Positions 10,215 through 22,229 of a DNA stretch of 64,000 nt are shown here, one piece after another; the first letter of the stretch is position 1, and every line of letters begins with the position of its first letter. Below the pieces are notes generated by a model, which did not search any database, was not told the origin of the DNA, and saw nothing but the letters and a program-made list of their open reading frames with translations. Location: assembly GCA_977862235.1 (NCBI GenBank), contig OZ374563.1, forward strand, positions 1,302,001 to 1,366,000, written 5' to 3'. Position numbers and translations under genes: made by a program. Origin of the DNA: Dudresnaya verticillata. Its lineage: Eukaryota.

Positions 10215-11365
10215 ATGTCAGCTTTTATTGCTACGGTTCCACTCCTTCGCCTCCGCAACACGTGCTCAAACATGACCCAATCCCGCCCAACTTCGTCAAG
10301 AGACACAGTCGCTGTAGCATCTGCCCATCGGCGCCGCAAGGAAAACGTTCCCGGCAATGTTTTTGTGGATTCAAGTTGTATCGACTGCGACACCTGTCGA
10401 TGTAAGTCATTCACCCAGCAATTACACCCATTTGAGCACAACACCCAGCAACGATACTCAGGTTCTCTAACAGCATTTTCTCCGTACCTTCCATTCATAT
10501 ATCAGGGCTAGCACCCGATGTATTCCAAGCCGAAAATGGTATGTCCGCAGTATATAAGCAGCCCACCACACGAGAGCAGACCCTGCAAGCACTACGTGCT
10601 GCAGTCGCGTGCCCAACAGGCAGCATTCGTACGGAGGAGCCTTCGCCTCTAGTACGTGATGCTCGGGATTCCTTTCCGTTGCCTGCAATTGATTCTCTGT
10701 CAAACAGCGTAGTCCCAAACGTGTACTACAACGGCTTCGCGGCTGAAGGCACGTTCGGAGGCTCGTCATGGCTGCTCGTCCATCCGGAAGGTCCGGACCC
10801 GTACGCCGTCATGTTCGACTGCCCTCGCTTCTTCGGCCCGCTGGCAAAGGCCATCCGAGAGCTCACGGCCCCTGTGGGCGGCGTGCGCTACCTCGTGCTG
10901 TCGCATCGTGACGACGTTGCCGGACACGACAAGTGGGCAGAGGCGCTTGGCGCGAAGAGGGTCATGCATAGAAGAGAATGCAACACGTATCAGGGCACTG
11001 ACGCGTGCGAGGTGAAGCTGGATGATACCGACTTTCCGTATCGGCTTGCCGACGGGGCGGAGATTCTGCACGTACCGGGACATACCAGGGGGTCGATTGC
11101 AATGCTGCACGGCCCGTCAAAGAGCATGTTCACTGGCGATCATCTGTTCTATTCGGCGAGGACCAATATGCTCGCTGGATCTCAGCGGTACTGTTTCTAC
11201 TCGTGGAAAGAGCAGATAGAGTCAGTTGCAAAGCTCTTAGAGGTGCCATTCCTCCACGGCTGGCCTGCACATGGGCGGCATTTCCACTTCCGCAATGACG
11301 ATGAAAAACGTGATGGAATTGAAAGGGCAGTGGAGTACATGAGCGAGCAAACCGGTAGGGGGTAG
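10215..11365 (+). CDS. Ferredoxin-like domain fused to a metallo-beta-lactamase-fold hydrolase, cyanobacterial type, probably plastid-targeted; 2 exons
   Basis: Exons 10215-10401 and 10506-11365. The intron at 10402-10505 (GTAAGT..CTAAC..CAG) restores CIDCDTCRWLAPDVF. MBL motifs SHRDD, PGHTRGS, FTGDH and PAHG are present. N-terminus MSAFIATVP. Confidence 0.88.
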
Positions 11366-11799
11366 TGAAGCTTTGTGAAAGCATTTTCAGCGTTTTGCAC
11401 AGTAGATGCTCAGTGCTGGGTGGCACGCTGCCATAGTGTGCGTTACTTAGCTCTATGGCGAAACTGATGCAGAAACTAGTGCTTGTATGTACAGTAATTT
11501 CCGCATGAGCTCGAGAGTATACAGTATACATAGTGTGTTGTTGCACAGTACAGTATACTGTACTGTACATATATCTGCGAATGAGACGGAGTGATTCTAT
11601 CTGTGCAGGTCTCAGGCTAAGAAAAGAATAATGCTTGGATTATAGAGGTTATTATTAATGGCTATTTCCAAAATGGCGAATACAGTAGTGTAGTGTAATT
11701 AATGTAGTCGGAAAAAGCGGAAAGCAAGGTACCCAAGGGTACGTGCCAGGCTGGTAAGATACCAGTTATACACACTCATGCTAGCCAGTATCCTTGCTC

Positions 11800-12606
11800 T
11801 CAGTAGTATCTCTCAAAGGTGACGAAAAAGAACTCCGGGAGTGTCCGCAACCTATCCTCCTTGCCGCAGTCGACAACGAAAACTAAACTGGCTAGCGTCC
11901 TTGCGAACAGAAACCAAGAACTCAGGATCTGGGCAAACCTTCTTCTGTCGTCTGTTTGAGGCAACACATAGATGAGGGGCACGAAAACGTAAAACCAATA
12001 GCCAATCTGTAGGGCAAACTTGTTTCTGGACACAATGCGGCCAATACCGGCCACGTAAGTGTAAAAAGCCAAGACGAAGAGCGGCAGGGCTGCCACCACG
12101 CGCACGGGCAGCAAAAAACCAGCTGGACCATAAGATAGCCAGAAATCACTGCCACTGCCCTGATACGCCACGAACATAGCAAACAAAGTGGTGCTGAGGA
12201 CGAACAAGGAGCGCGGCCAAGTCCACAACTTGTAGCCGCGACGCTCGAAGATATCCAAGAGCGTGATGACGCAGGCTTGGACGGCGAAAGTGGTGATGAC
12301 AATGATGGAGCTCTGACGGGCATCGCTGCATGTGAGATCCTTGGAAGTTATACTATCAAAAATGTCATTGACGCACTCCTGCAGCACGGTGGCAACCACG
12401 ATCATAATGGCGGCGGCGACCGTGGCGACGAGCGAGATTGCCTGCATGAGGAGCGGCGGCTTCTGCCATCGGCGGAAGAGCACGGTCTCCACCAGCTGGA
12501 GTATGGCCGACGCGGCGAGCAGCGAAAAGGCCAAAACGCTGATGACGAAGAAGGTGGTCTCGCCAGGGTACCTCTGGCGGACGAGCGCGGGTAGCAAGTC
12601 GTCCAT
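11800..12606 (-). CDS. Multi-pass (~7 TM) membrane protein of unknown function
   Basis: ATG at 12606 (MDDLLP) followed by about seven hydrophobic segments; no family recognised. Confidence 0.7.
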   Translation of the reverse strand: MDDLLPALVRQRYPGETTFFVISVLAFSLLAASAILQLVETVLFRRWQKPPLLMQAISLVATVAAAIMIVVATVLQECVNDIFDSITSKDLTCSDARQSSIIVITTFAVQACVITLLDIFERRGYKLWTWPRSLFVLSTTLFAMFVAYQGSGSDFWLSYGPAGFLLPVRVVAALPLFVLAFYTYVAGIGRIVSRNKFALQIGYWFYVFVPLIYVLPQTDDRRRFAQILSSWFLFARTLASLVFVVDCGKEDRLRTLPEFFFVTFERYY

Positions 12607-14197
12607 GTCCGGACTTGAGGCGGGCGCGAGCAGGGCGGAAGGCGGGCGATGGGGAGGTTGGGGGTCAGCGCGGACGTGGGGTAGTGCGGGTAGAAGTACT
12701 CTCAAGAGATGACGGGGGCGCGGAGGGGCATAGCGGCGGCTGGGGGAGACGAGGCGATTATGCCGAAGGTAATTACGCTCTAATTACGGTAGCAGTGCAT
12801 GGCACGGAGGCGTGGGCGTGGTCGATTGCGGTGATCGCTTTGGGTGCGTGGTGGGGTGTGCTGCTCATGATGTTGCCAATGGCCAATGAAAACGAGGCAG
12901 GGGATTGTGCATTGTTGCACGATGTGGAGGCGCAACTGCCGGAAACGTACAAATTTGTTCTGCCCGCCGAGCACACAGAAGCGCCATTATTTATTGGCCC
13001 ACAAAGGTACTGTACAGCGTCAGTAGATGAAAGCACATGTACTGTACAGACATGCCGCATTGCTGCGGGAGCAAATTTCTGCTTCTGAGTAAAAAGAATT
13101 GCTCTGTGTTGCATATCCATAAAGCATACTGTGTATCACCGCCGCCGCAGGGGGCTCCAGCGCCAGAAAATGCTGTTTCCCAGAGCATAATGTGCTGGTA
13201 AACCAGCATTCCCTTGATGGACAGCAAAGAAGCAACGAATGCCTTCCCTTGGCCAGATGGCTGCGCTTGTTAACACCCTCTGCCGCTGACCTTTGCCTTG
13301 TTGCGTCTATCGCGCTTAGAACCGAACAGCACACCCACGTCTCACCGAGCTTTATCTGAGGGTGTGGATCCTGTCATCTTCCCTACGCACATCGCTTACA
13401 GATCAACTCGATGACAAACGACATCTGAATCAGCTCTTCATTGTGCCTCTTTGGGAGAACAACTGAAAGGTTATTTGTTGGTGAATGGAAAAGCTTCCTG
13501 TCAGACACTACCGGTACTGTAAGCCTCCGTTTGACGGCTCTCCATTTCATTACAGCTGTCACAATATTACAGTGTTGGCGATGGCTGCACGTGTAGGTGC
13601 AACGATGATGCCTTCCACTGGCGCGCCGCAATCCCCAAAACTTTCATGAAAATTACACAACATTTACTAGCAGAACGAAAAAAACTCCATGAATTCCCCA
13701 CAAATTACAGCGCACGAGAGCACAGTATCCCTCTCAGCCAATAATATGACAGAACATGCTGCCACAGATGAGGAAAAACTACGGCAATAATCCGGTTTCC
13801 CAAATATTTCTCACAGGCGTGATCCACAGCGCACGACGATTGGCGGTGCGTACGGCCTCCACTTCCGTGGCCCGCGCAAGGCTACTGGCGACGACGCGCA
13901 ACGAGTGCGACTGACAAGCCGTGTAATCCAGATCACATGTTGCTCCCAATAATGTCCAGATCACATAGTGGTCCTGATTAAGGTCACAAAGTGATCCCGA
14001 TTAAGAAACCTGTGACTGGTTGCTTGAGTCGGGGCCATTACAGCCCCGTGCTCATTACACCGTTGGCGTCACAGCCAACTCGCTTCCACGGCGCGACGCA
14101 CGTGGCTCAGCACAAAACACGCGGGCCGGTTGCTTCGCCACTTTCGTCCGCGACTCCTCGCTGCTAGCGTCGGTGCGACCCGACCCAGCCGCACGAG

Positions 14198-15382
14198 ATG
14201 GAGTCCCCGCCCGATCTTTCTGTCGCGCAGCCGACATCCACTCACTCCGAGTCCTTATCCGAATGTTTCGCCCGTTTGTGCGCCACCGATCAGCCGGAGC
14301 CATCAAGGGATCCGCCGCTATCGGGACTCACCGCGGACGAGTCTCGATTCCTCACCAGAAACGCGGACGGAGAGGTCTATCTGACTCCAGACGCTGTCCT
14401 TCATGCAACAGGTCCTCTCCGTCCCGCCGTTCTGTCGGCTTTCCGGAAGGCACTTGTTCACGCATTTGGTGACGACCCCGCCGCAAAAGCAGCCGCAGCT
14501 GAAATCCACGCCAATTCCGACAATTCAGATGGTCACGCAAAACCTGACCAACCCACAGAAGATCAATCCAGAAAGAAACAGAGGTCAGAACCCGTTGTCA
14601 GCACGTTCGCTCAACTCTTGGGGGTTGAAGAGTTTGTCCCGGTGCAACAGCTTACCACTTTTGCATGGGCCGATTCTGTCTCGAAGGAAGCCTTTGAGCG
14701 CTTCAATACCACAATTGAGGCGGAGCGAAAAGCTCGCGAAGAGGAAGACGCCGCTGAAGCTCAACGCGCAATGGCCCGCGCAGCTGCTGCTGCCGCGAAA
14801 TCCACTCACACATCTCGCCCGCGCCGTCGACCGCAAGCAAAGCATCCGCAAAGCTTCAATGCCGATCCGGTTGTTTGGGCTGCGCAAGAAGAAGCACTTG
14901 CTTCTTCTGTCCTGCGCGAACTCCGAGCTAGCTTTTCACGCATCAGAAAGGGTTCATCCCGAGCTCCACCAGAGGGCAGCCCAATATGGCCACTCTTATC
15001 ACAAAAGAATAACAAGCTTAAGCCCCAGGCTGCTGCGGAGATGGCTAGAGCCAAAATTGCCGCCGCTGCCGCCGCCGCAGCAATGCGGGAGGATGACTTG
15101 GCTGACCACTCAAATGAATCCCTTGCAAACTTGAACACAGCTTCAGCTCCCGGCTCTGAAGCAAATATTCTTTCTAAGAACCAAAGTCGTAGCCACAGGC
15201 ATACGCAGCACCGACAATCGCTTACGCAGCGATTTTCCTTGCAGTCCCATAGTGTTACATTCTCCAATAACCCTGGCTTTCCACGTGCGCTTTCACATGA
15301 CTCCAGCAGCCGACTGAAGAACACATCCAAGAAGAAGCGCGTTGAGTTTGCAGAGGGTACCGTTTTCAATAAACAGAAGTGA
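14198..15382 (+). CDS. Hypothetical protein with a coiled coil and a basic C-terminus (possible NLS KKKR)
   Basis: 394-aa ATG ORF with protein-like composition, convergent with the next gene. Confidence 0.65.
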   Translation: MESPPDLSVAQPTSTHSESLSECFARLCATDQPEPSRDPPLSGLTADESRFLTRNADGEVYLTPDAVLHATGPLRPAVLSAFRKALVHAFGDDPAAKAAAAEIHANSDNSDGHAKPDQPTEDQSRKKQRSEPVVSTFAQLLGVEEFVPVQQLTTFAWADSVSKEAFERFNTTIEAERKAREEEDAAEAQRAMARAAAAAAKSTHTSRPRRRPQAKHPQSFNADPVVWAAQEEALASSVLRELRASFSRIRKGSSRAPPEGSPIWPLLSQKNNKLKPQAAAEMARAKIAAAAAAAAMREDDLADHSNESLANLNTASAPGSEANILSKNQSRSHRHTQHRQSLTQRFSLQSHSVTFSNNPGFPRALSHDSSSRLKNTSKKKRVEFAEGTVFNKQK

Positions 15383-15465
15383 CGTATGTACAGAACTTCA
15401 CGAAGCTGGTGCGCATCTGTCTGTGTGTTTTTCAAGAGTTAATATTTGCACTGATGACAATGCAA

Positions 15466-18030
15466 TTATCGGTGCTGACCGCCCTCAGTCCGAGCTTCTT
15501 GTTCGTTCATATAACCAATGATCCTCCCGAATAAGGCATCTTCGTGCAGCGAGTCCTTGTACACCGGAGTTGGTGTCGCTGAGCCCTCGGCAATCTTTTT
15601 CTCCATGCCAAGACCGGGAATTCTTCCGCGAACACCGTAAGTTGATCTGTGCTTTCCTTGCCTCATCAGAGGGTCATCATTGCTGTTAAAAGTGAAATAG
15701 ATGTTATCTCGCACCTGACAAAGAGCTAAATGCTCCGGCGACTGTTTCCGCTCCCAGTCATCTCTGGCGGGGTCTGACGAAGCGTAGCAAGGGTCGAGCT
15801 CCCTCAGAGCCAGGGGCAGGTCTGTGTACTTGACTTCAACGGGCTTATCGGGAGATATGAACCGTTGCTTTGGTAGAGCAGACAATAACGCCCGGCATAG
15901 TGGCCCCAAGTTCGTCAGGTTAATACCTAGTGTAGGTGAGAGGATGAGTTCTTGCAGCAGCTTAAAAGCCAGTTTGTCAACATCGGTTCCGTCCCGAAAC
16001 ACGTTTGCCCTTAGCTCAAGCCACTCAAAATGCGACATCGGTTCCTCCAACCACTTGAAAGGAATGAAAGGTCCAGCCTCGTTACCCGCATCGGAAGGAG
16101 CTGATACCTCACTAGCCCGGGTAGTGCTACCTGCTGGTGGGTTTGGGGCCGCAGTCTGCGGTTGACGCAGGTCGGCGGGGCGCATACGCAGGCCTGGAAG
16201 CTCCACAGGTCTCCCGCTACGAAGCCCCGTTCCGCCAAGGCCACGCGCTACACCAGTCGGCTGGGAACGAAGTAGGGCTCCAGACTGCTGGCGTGGATTG
16301 CAAGGATGTGCATCACGCCTGATGGCCTCACAGCTAATCACATTTTCTGTTTCGACCGCAGGCTCGACTACTTTCGTAGGTTCGGGCCGTTCCGAATTGC
16401 CCAGGGAAAGGTCATTATTTTGCGCATTAGCTGGGACATCCTCCACCCGCCTTCTTTTCGAGTAGTTTCGATCACAAGTCTCACTCTCGGCCACGTCAAC
16501 ACTCCTTGGGCGTGGCACTGCGGCAGACACCTCCCTCCCTCCACAGTCTCCTCCAACTTTTTGATCTTGGCTCAAGGGAGTCTCTCGTTTCTTATCGTGA
16601 ACGACTACCGAGCTTGGATCTGCCACGAGCTTCTTTCCATCACTGGCACTGCCACCTGTGCTTGCCCTAGAGCCTTTGTTGGCCTCCGTATCTCTTGCAG
16701 GAGGGACATCGGAAATGGGCCTTTTCGGGCGTTTGCCCTCACTGCCGCTGCTGGTCAGATAGTTGCCGTGACTCGTACCAGCCAATTCACGTTGCGAGGT
16801 TGTTCTTGAGCTACTTGGCATCTTCGATGTAAGGCGTTTTGATGAGATCTCTTGCCCAGTGGCAGGTGCTGGAGGCGTCGCAGTCGAAGCAAAAGACTCT
16901 TGGGCCGCAATAGGGCTTTTGGCACTTCCTAGAACCGGTGCTGGTGCTGGTGTCGACTGTAACGACAGGTTTGTATCCCTGGCTGGTTGTGTGTGCTGTC
17001 CACTAATTGCGCTGGACTGCTTCTCTCCCTTTGGGGGAGATGTTTCCCGCGTCACACTTGGATCCGCAGAAACAGGTGTATCACGGTTGGTGTCCTTCGA
17101 TGCCTTTTCGCTGGCGGCATGTGGCGAGGACGTGCTGTCTACAGCAGATGGTGGGGAAGCTCTTGCAGAAGATGCTGGTGGCCCCGAATACCGCGTTGAT
17201 GGGGCCTGGGGATGGCCATTCGCCACAGGAGTGGCATCTTGGCCGGCGGGCGTCGCTGAGATCCTAGAGCGTTGTGACTGAGCGATTCCTAGGTTCCTAT
17301 GAGCATTGAGATCATTGCGTGCGCGCAACTTTGCTTGGCGTTCCTTGGTCTTGTGCTTTCCGCCTCTGATATGCGACTCGAAAGTAGCCTCACCTGTGCA
17401 TGTGATGTTGCAGATCTCGCACCTAATATGCTTGTTACCCTTCTTCTTCGGCTTGCGCGGATTCCCGCTGCCCGGACGCTGGCCAGACTGGTAGCGATAC
17501 AGGACGCCCGCCTGCGAGGAAGTTGGTGACGGACCTCGGCGATCCCTATCACGGGGCTCGGGGCGCCTCCTATCGAGCTCTTCGCGTCTGAGGGGGTCCT
17601 GGCGAATATCAGAGGTTCGTCGTGCAAAATCTGCACGCTCCGCGACAGACCGCTGAGCCTCACCCGCTTCGCGGGGGCTGCCATTGGGCCTAGCAGTGGA
17701 ACTAGAGGGACCTGGGTGCGGGTCTGGTTGGACATCGCGTGGGCGGGTACCACCCGACGGGGGCCTTGGCTCCGGGCGGCCCGGCTGTTGCTGAGCCTGA
17801 GGACGACGGCCGGCATCCGCGGACGGCGGGGGCGGTACAGCCGACAAGGCCACAAAGTCAAGCTCTTCGTCATGATCAGACTCAACCTCTTCCCAAGCGA
17901 TCGGTTGGTCGTGGTCGACGTTGGCGGGGCCCGGCGACGCGGCGCGGTCGACTTCAGGGGAGCGGGAGGCCGGGGCAGCCGTAGGACCAGAGGGGCGGGC
18001 GGGCGGCTCAAGGGCGGCAGCTCCAGCCAT
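15466..18030 (-). CDS. U1/matrin-type C2H2 zinc-finger protein with long disordered regions
   Basis: Contains CEICNITCTGEATFESHIRGGKH. Likely start is MAGAAALEPP at 18030, although the ORF is open to 18330. Confidence 0.75.
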   Translation of the reverse strand: MAGAAALEPPARPSGPTAAPASRSPEVDRAASPGPANVDHDQPIAWEEVESDHDEELDFVALSAVPPPPSADAGRRPQAQQQPGRPEPRPPSGGTRPRDVQPDPHPGPSSSTARPNGSPREAGEAQRSVAERADFARRTSDIRQDPLRREELDRRRPEPRDRDRRGPSPTSSQAGVLYRYQSGQRPGSGNPRKPKKKGNKHIRCEICNITCTGEATFESHIRGGKHKTKERQAKLRARNDLNAHRNLGIAQSQRSRISATPAGQDATPVANGHPQAPSTRYSGPPASSARASPPSAVDSTSSPHAASEKASKDTNRDTPVSADPSVTRETSPPKGEKQSSAISGQHTQPARDTNLSLQSTPAPAPVLGSAKSPIAAQESFASTATPPAPATGQEISSKRLTSKMPSSSRTTSQRELAGTSHGNYLTSSGSEGKRPKRPISDVPPARDTEANKGSRASTGGSASDGKKLVADPSSVVVHDKKRETPLSQDQKVGGDCGGREVSAAVPRPRSVDVAESETCDRNYSKRRRVEDVPANAQNNDLSLGNSERPEPTKVVEPAVETENVISCEAIRRDAHPCNPRQQSGALLRSQPTGVARGLGGTGLRSGRPVELPGLRMRPADLRQPQTAAPNPPAGSTTRASEVSAPSDAGNEAGPFIPFKWLEEPMSHFEWLELRANVFRDGTDVDKLAFKLLQELILSPTLGINLTNLGPLCRALLSALPKQRFISPDKPVEVKYTDLPLALRELDPCYASSDPARDDWERKQSPEHLALCQVRDNIYFTFNSNDDPLMRQGKHRSTYGVRGRIPGLGMEKKIAEGSATPTPVYKDSLHEDALFGRIIGYMNEQEARTEGGQHR

Positions 18031-19045
18031 GGGGCCTTGGGCTTGCTGAGCGAATCCCAGCAAGCTGACGAAGCGACGAAGAATGATTGCTTGCCGCTGG
18101 GGGGGGGGGGGGGGCGGTCGCCGGGGCGGGAGCGGGCGACGTGGAGGGTGCAAGTGTGAGTCAAGAGAAAGGTTTTGGAATGGTAGCGGCTGCGGAAAGG
18201 TGACAGTTTTGAGGGCACGGCTCAGGGTGTCTCGCATAGAAAGCGCAACGCATTCGGATGGGGGCGGGGGCGGGGCGGGCGGGTGTTGCGGCTGCTTTTT
18301 GGGGCATTTTTTGAGCCTTCCGTCGATCACCGGGTGGGCACGCGGGTGGGATGGATAAGTGACTTGCGCTGATTTTGTGCAGTTTTTTTCGTTATTCTCA
18401 GGGCCTGGACGCGACGATTCGGGTGTTTCGCGCCAGAATGGTGGCCTCGACTGTTCGCTTCTTTTGTTTGGTCGCGTGACGCGTGGCGGAGCATTATCGT
18501 CATATCGTTGAAATTTAACTGTATTTTTAAGTTGAATGGGGGGCTTTACACGGCAACGCTATCCTTCCTGGAAAACGGTGCTCCTCCCAGAGAGTTGCGC
18601 GCATCCGCTTGCGATGCGCCCTCTCTCCGTGCGTTGCTGTGTGCGGCGGATGGCATATGAGCAAAAAAACAGCCACAGCAGGTCCGTTCAACGCACGCGG
18701 AGGGGAGGAACGGCATGCCATCGCGACCGGTGCCGGAACAGCGAGGCTGTTACCGGCAACGACTCCGCCAGCGGGCTGCACTGCAACCCCAAACGACTCG
18801 TTTCGGAACAGCATCGCCTGATGCACATCGCCCACCCACCGCGGATGCGCATCAGCGCGACTATCAAAGTCTGCGAAAGGCAGGCGATACCGTACAGTAG
18901 AGATTATTGGCCTTATTTCACAGAGTTATTCCTATCATAGCGTTTCAATTATGCACAAAAAGTCAGTTCAAGTAGTCAAACAGGCAGTCAGATCATACAA
19001 ATGCAATTAGCGTCGAGCACCGTCGTGTGCTGCTTTGGGCCCAAC

Positions 19046-19750
19046 CTACAATTGTCCCATGCACCGCTCAATCAGCCGCTGCACTTCATCATCCTCATTC
19101 AGCGCAACGTGCCTCCCCTCGCCCTCATCTCTGGACCGCCCATTGCGGCTGCCGCCCTCGCTCTGGCTCCCGATCCCCATGCTCTCCGACCGGCTAGGCG
19201 GCCCGGACGCGCTGCCGGGCTGAGACACTTGCACGACGGCGCCGGCGGGCAGCGGCGGGGGCGCCGTCACGAGCAGCTTCTGGAACCCAATGCCGCCCAG
19301 GAACCGCTCCATGTGCGCCACGCGCGCCTCCACGTCGGCCGACCGGTGCAGCAGCACCTCCAGCGACCGCCCCAGGTTGGACACCAGCTCCTTGCGTCGT
19401 CGTCGGCTGCGCCGCGCAGACTCCTTGTTCTGCTTCTTGCGAATTGCAGGCTTGAGCTCCTCGGGCGCGCCGCGCACGCTGTCGGGAAGGGAGGGTATGC
19501 CGCGAGGCGCTTGCAGCGCGGACGCTTGCGACATGTGTGGGATGTGCTGCTCGGCGGGCGAGCCTGCTGCGCGAGCGGTAGACATAGGGTCGCTCGACGG
19601 CACTGCCGATTGTGGGATGGCGAGAGGCGCGGGCATTGCAGCGGTCGAAGACGGGGGTGATGGAGTCGGATCTTCAATAGCAGAGGAGGAGGGTTGGTTG
19701 TCGCCTGCGTCGCTGTCTTGCGAGGTGTGGCTGTATGTGTCGACTTCCAT
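19046..19750 (-). CDS. bZIP transcription factor
   Basis: Basic region IRKKQNKESARRSRRRRK followed by a heptad zipper (L..L..V..M). Confidence 0.85.
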   Translation of the reverse strand: MEVDTYSHTSQDSDAGDNQPSSSAIEDPTPSPPSSTAAMPAPLAIPQSAVPSSDPMSTARAAGSPAEQHIPHMSQASALQAPRGIPSLPDSVRGAPEELKPAIRKKQNKESARRSRRRRKELVSNLGRSLEVLLHRSADVEARVAHMERFLGGIGFQKLLVTAPPPLPAGAVVQVSQPGSASGPPSRSESMGIGSQSEGGSRNGRSRDEGEGRHVALNEDDEVQRLIERCMGQL

Positions 19751-22017
19751 ACGCGGCTATACGCGGTTGTTTTGTTCTGCGAGGTGTTTGCCGGGTTGCG
19801 CTGTGTTGTTGTTCTCCTTCTTGTTAGGTAGTTCAAGGTTGTTGGTTTCTGAAAGTAATTAGGTGTTGGGTGAGTGGGTCTGGGCGATAGAGCTCCACCG
19901 GGAGACAGAGGAGGGAGGTATTGGTACAGCAAGGGGGATATATATCCAGGGGGTAGGGGTATATCTTCGGGACAGGGAATGCCACAGTCCGGCATTGCCG
20001 GAGGATGGGAGAATCACAGGGCAGATTGCAAAAAGGGATGAAGGCTCAGAGGTGGAGCGAACGCAAGTTAGTAGCACGTCAGATAGAAAGACGGCGGCGG
20101 GGCGTGCACGAAAAGACAAGCACGAGTATAATGTAACCAAGATGCCTAAGAGTCCAAACGAGCTAGGTAGTAGGGGAGCAGGAAGGAACGTGGGATGTGG
20201 CGGAAGACCATTTATACGGGGGGGCGAGAAAAGAGCGAGCGCCGGAAGGGCGAGAGCTGAGCGGATGGGAAGTCTAAAGTTTGGGCGTTGTAGGAACAAA
20301 GAGGCATTGCCGAGGTTGGAAAGGCAGACCGAGAGGGCTAGCAGCAGACGATAGCGGTGCGGCGGTCTCAATGGACGAGCGTAGAAACACAGTAGGGGAG
20401 GTCATAGAAAAAAAAGTGTCATACGTGTGATGGGGCGGGGGCGGATCTACGTCAAATACGTCAAACGAGAGCGTTCTGGTGGTTTCCGTGCGACGGGGGC
20501 CCACTTGCTTCCGATCGGCCAACGAGCACACGCCAGCAGTGTTGGTAGCCCGGGTATCCGCTGGGCAGGCTGAAAAGCGGAAGAATCTGCGGCGGTTTCG
20601 TTAACGCGGAATGCGCTCCGCCGCCGTGCGCTCTTCGGGATCCGCCCCGCGCCAACCACCCTGCGCCGGTTTCTCTCGAATCCGCCTCTCCATTGCTGTT
20701 TCCCGCCCGCACGCCCGGTCGCCTCGCGCCTGGTTGCCGACCTTCGCGAAGCCCGCCGCGGCGCTGACGTCCGTTTCTGGTAGAAATTCATTTCCGCGCC
20801 CTCAGCTGCGCTTCACGCTTTACATTGCACTGCCGCGGTTCGACAATTTTTGCTTGCTCCCGTGAAAAAGGGATAAGCCATCTGCTGCTGCTGCTGCTGC
20901 CCAACCCACCTTTCGCATCACCCACCCCGTCCACTTTTGCCGTTCCTTTCCCTCTCTCTTACCGCAAGATAACGGTTGTTGTACATCTTTTCGCGAGTCT
21001 CCAGCCTCTGCCGTTCCTCCTGTAACAAAGGCAACAAATGTACTCACCGAGAGCACTCGCACCGGAGAATCTCCAGTCGCCCGTTCCCACTATTACCGCA
21101 CACGCACACAAACGCACAACGCTCCAGTCCCAGATGTCGCCGAATGCCCCACGCAGCCCTACCCTTGTGCTCGTCTGGTCGCATCTCGCTTGTCTCCCGC
21201 CCCAGCAATGTCGCTCCGCCGCGCAGAGAAACCTCTCAGACTCTGCCTCGCTCCATAATAATCACCTCCGCGATCCCGCTTCCGCCGTCACGTCCACTCA
21301 AAAAAACCCACCCATGCACCGCCACATTCTTCCAACCTTTTTGCAAATGAGCACAACTCCCCTGCATTCCAGCCGTAATTCGCAACGCAATCTGCAACTG
21401 TCATCAGCCGCCCCGCAACTCTCGTCTAGATGCGGTTCGGCATACCCCACTGTAACGATTCCTTCAATGCGAGCGGCTCGCCGCGTCGGAAATTCTGCTG
21501 CCGTTCCCGAACTGACCCCCATGCGTCAGCCTCAACACAGCCAGAGTAGCCCTCATCATTGCGAGACCACATCGCTTCGCATCTCTATCGCAAATGTCAA
21601 TACCTTTCGCTCATCTTGCCTTGGTGTACATCGCAGACGCAATGACCCTGCTAGGTAAAGAAAATCACCTATTTTCTTATCTATCTCCGATGCTGGCAAG
21701 TCTTCTTCCGCCATGATAGCCCGGTCTGGCCTCATGGCGTCAGTGCCACGACTACGCCTGTCGTGCTCTCAAGAGAACATACGTACTGACTCTTTTTGCA
21801 TCTAGAAAGACGCTAAGCGAACGTGGCCCTCGCTCCAACTTGCGATCATGTCCATAACGCGGTGCCCTAGCCAGTACTGCTCTCAGTACTGTCTGCACTT
21901 GTGTTTAAAAAGCCGCTGCTACTAGCCGTTTTCCAGTAGTCCTGGGGCGATACAAGATCGCCTGCACCGAACATGACGTCAGGCACAGACTGACAGACGT
22001 CCGCAATGTGTCATCAT

Positions 22018-22092
22018 TCGTGCTACTGGGTCCCTTAGCTGCCTACGTCTTCTCGTAACTCGTGCTACTGGGTGCCTTAGCTGCCTACGTCT
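22018..22092. repeat. 33-bp direct repeat, 2 copies, 42-bp period
   Basis: TCGTGCTACTGGGT(C/G)CCTTAGCTGCCTACGTCT at 22018-22050 and 22060-22092, with one mismatch. Confidence 0.85.
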
Positions 22093-22229
22093 GGCCCGCG
22101 TCAAGCCCCTCGCATTGCAGGAAAACGAACGCGTGTTGGAAGCGCAAAACAATAAGACACGATCAAATTTTGTACCCCACGGCCCCCACAGTTTACCCCC
22201 AACAGGTTCTGAAGAAAAAACGGGAGACA

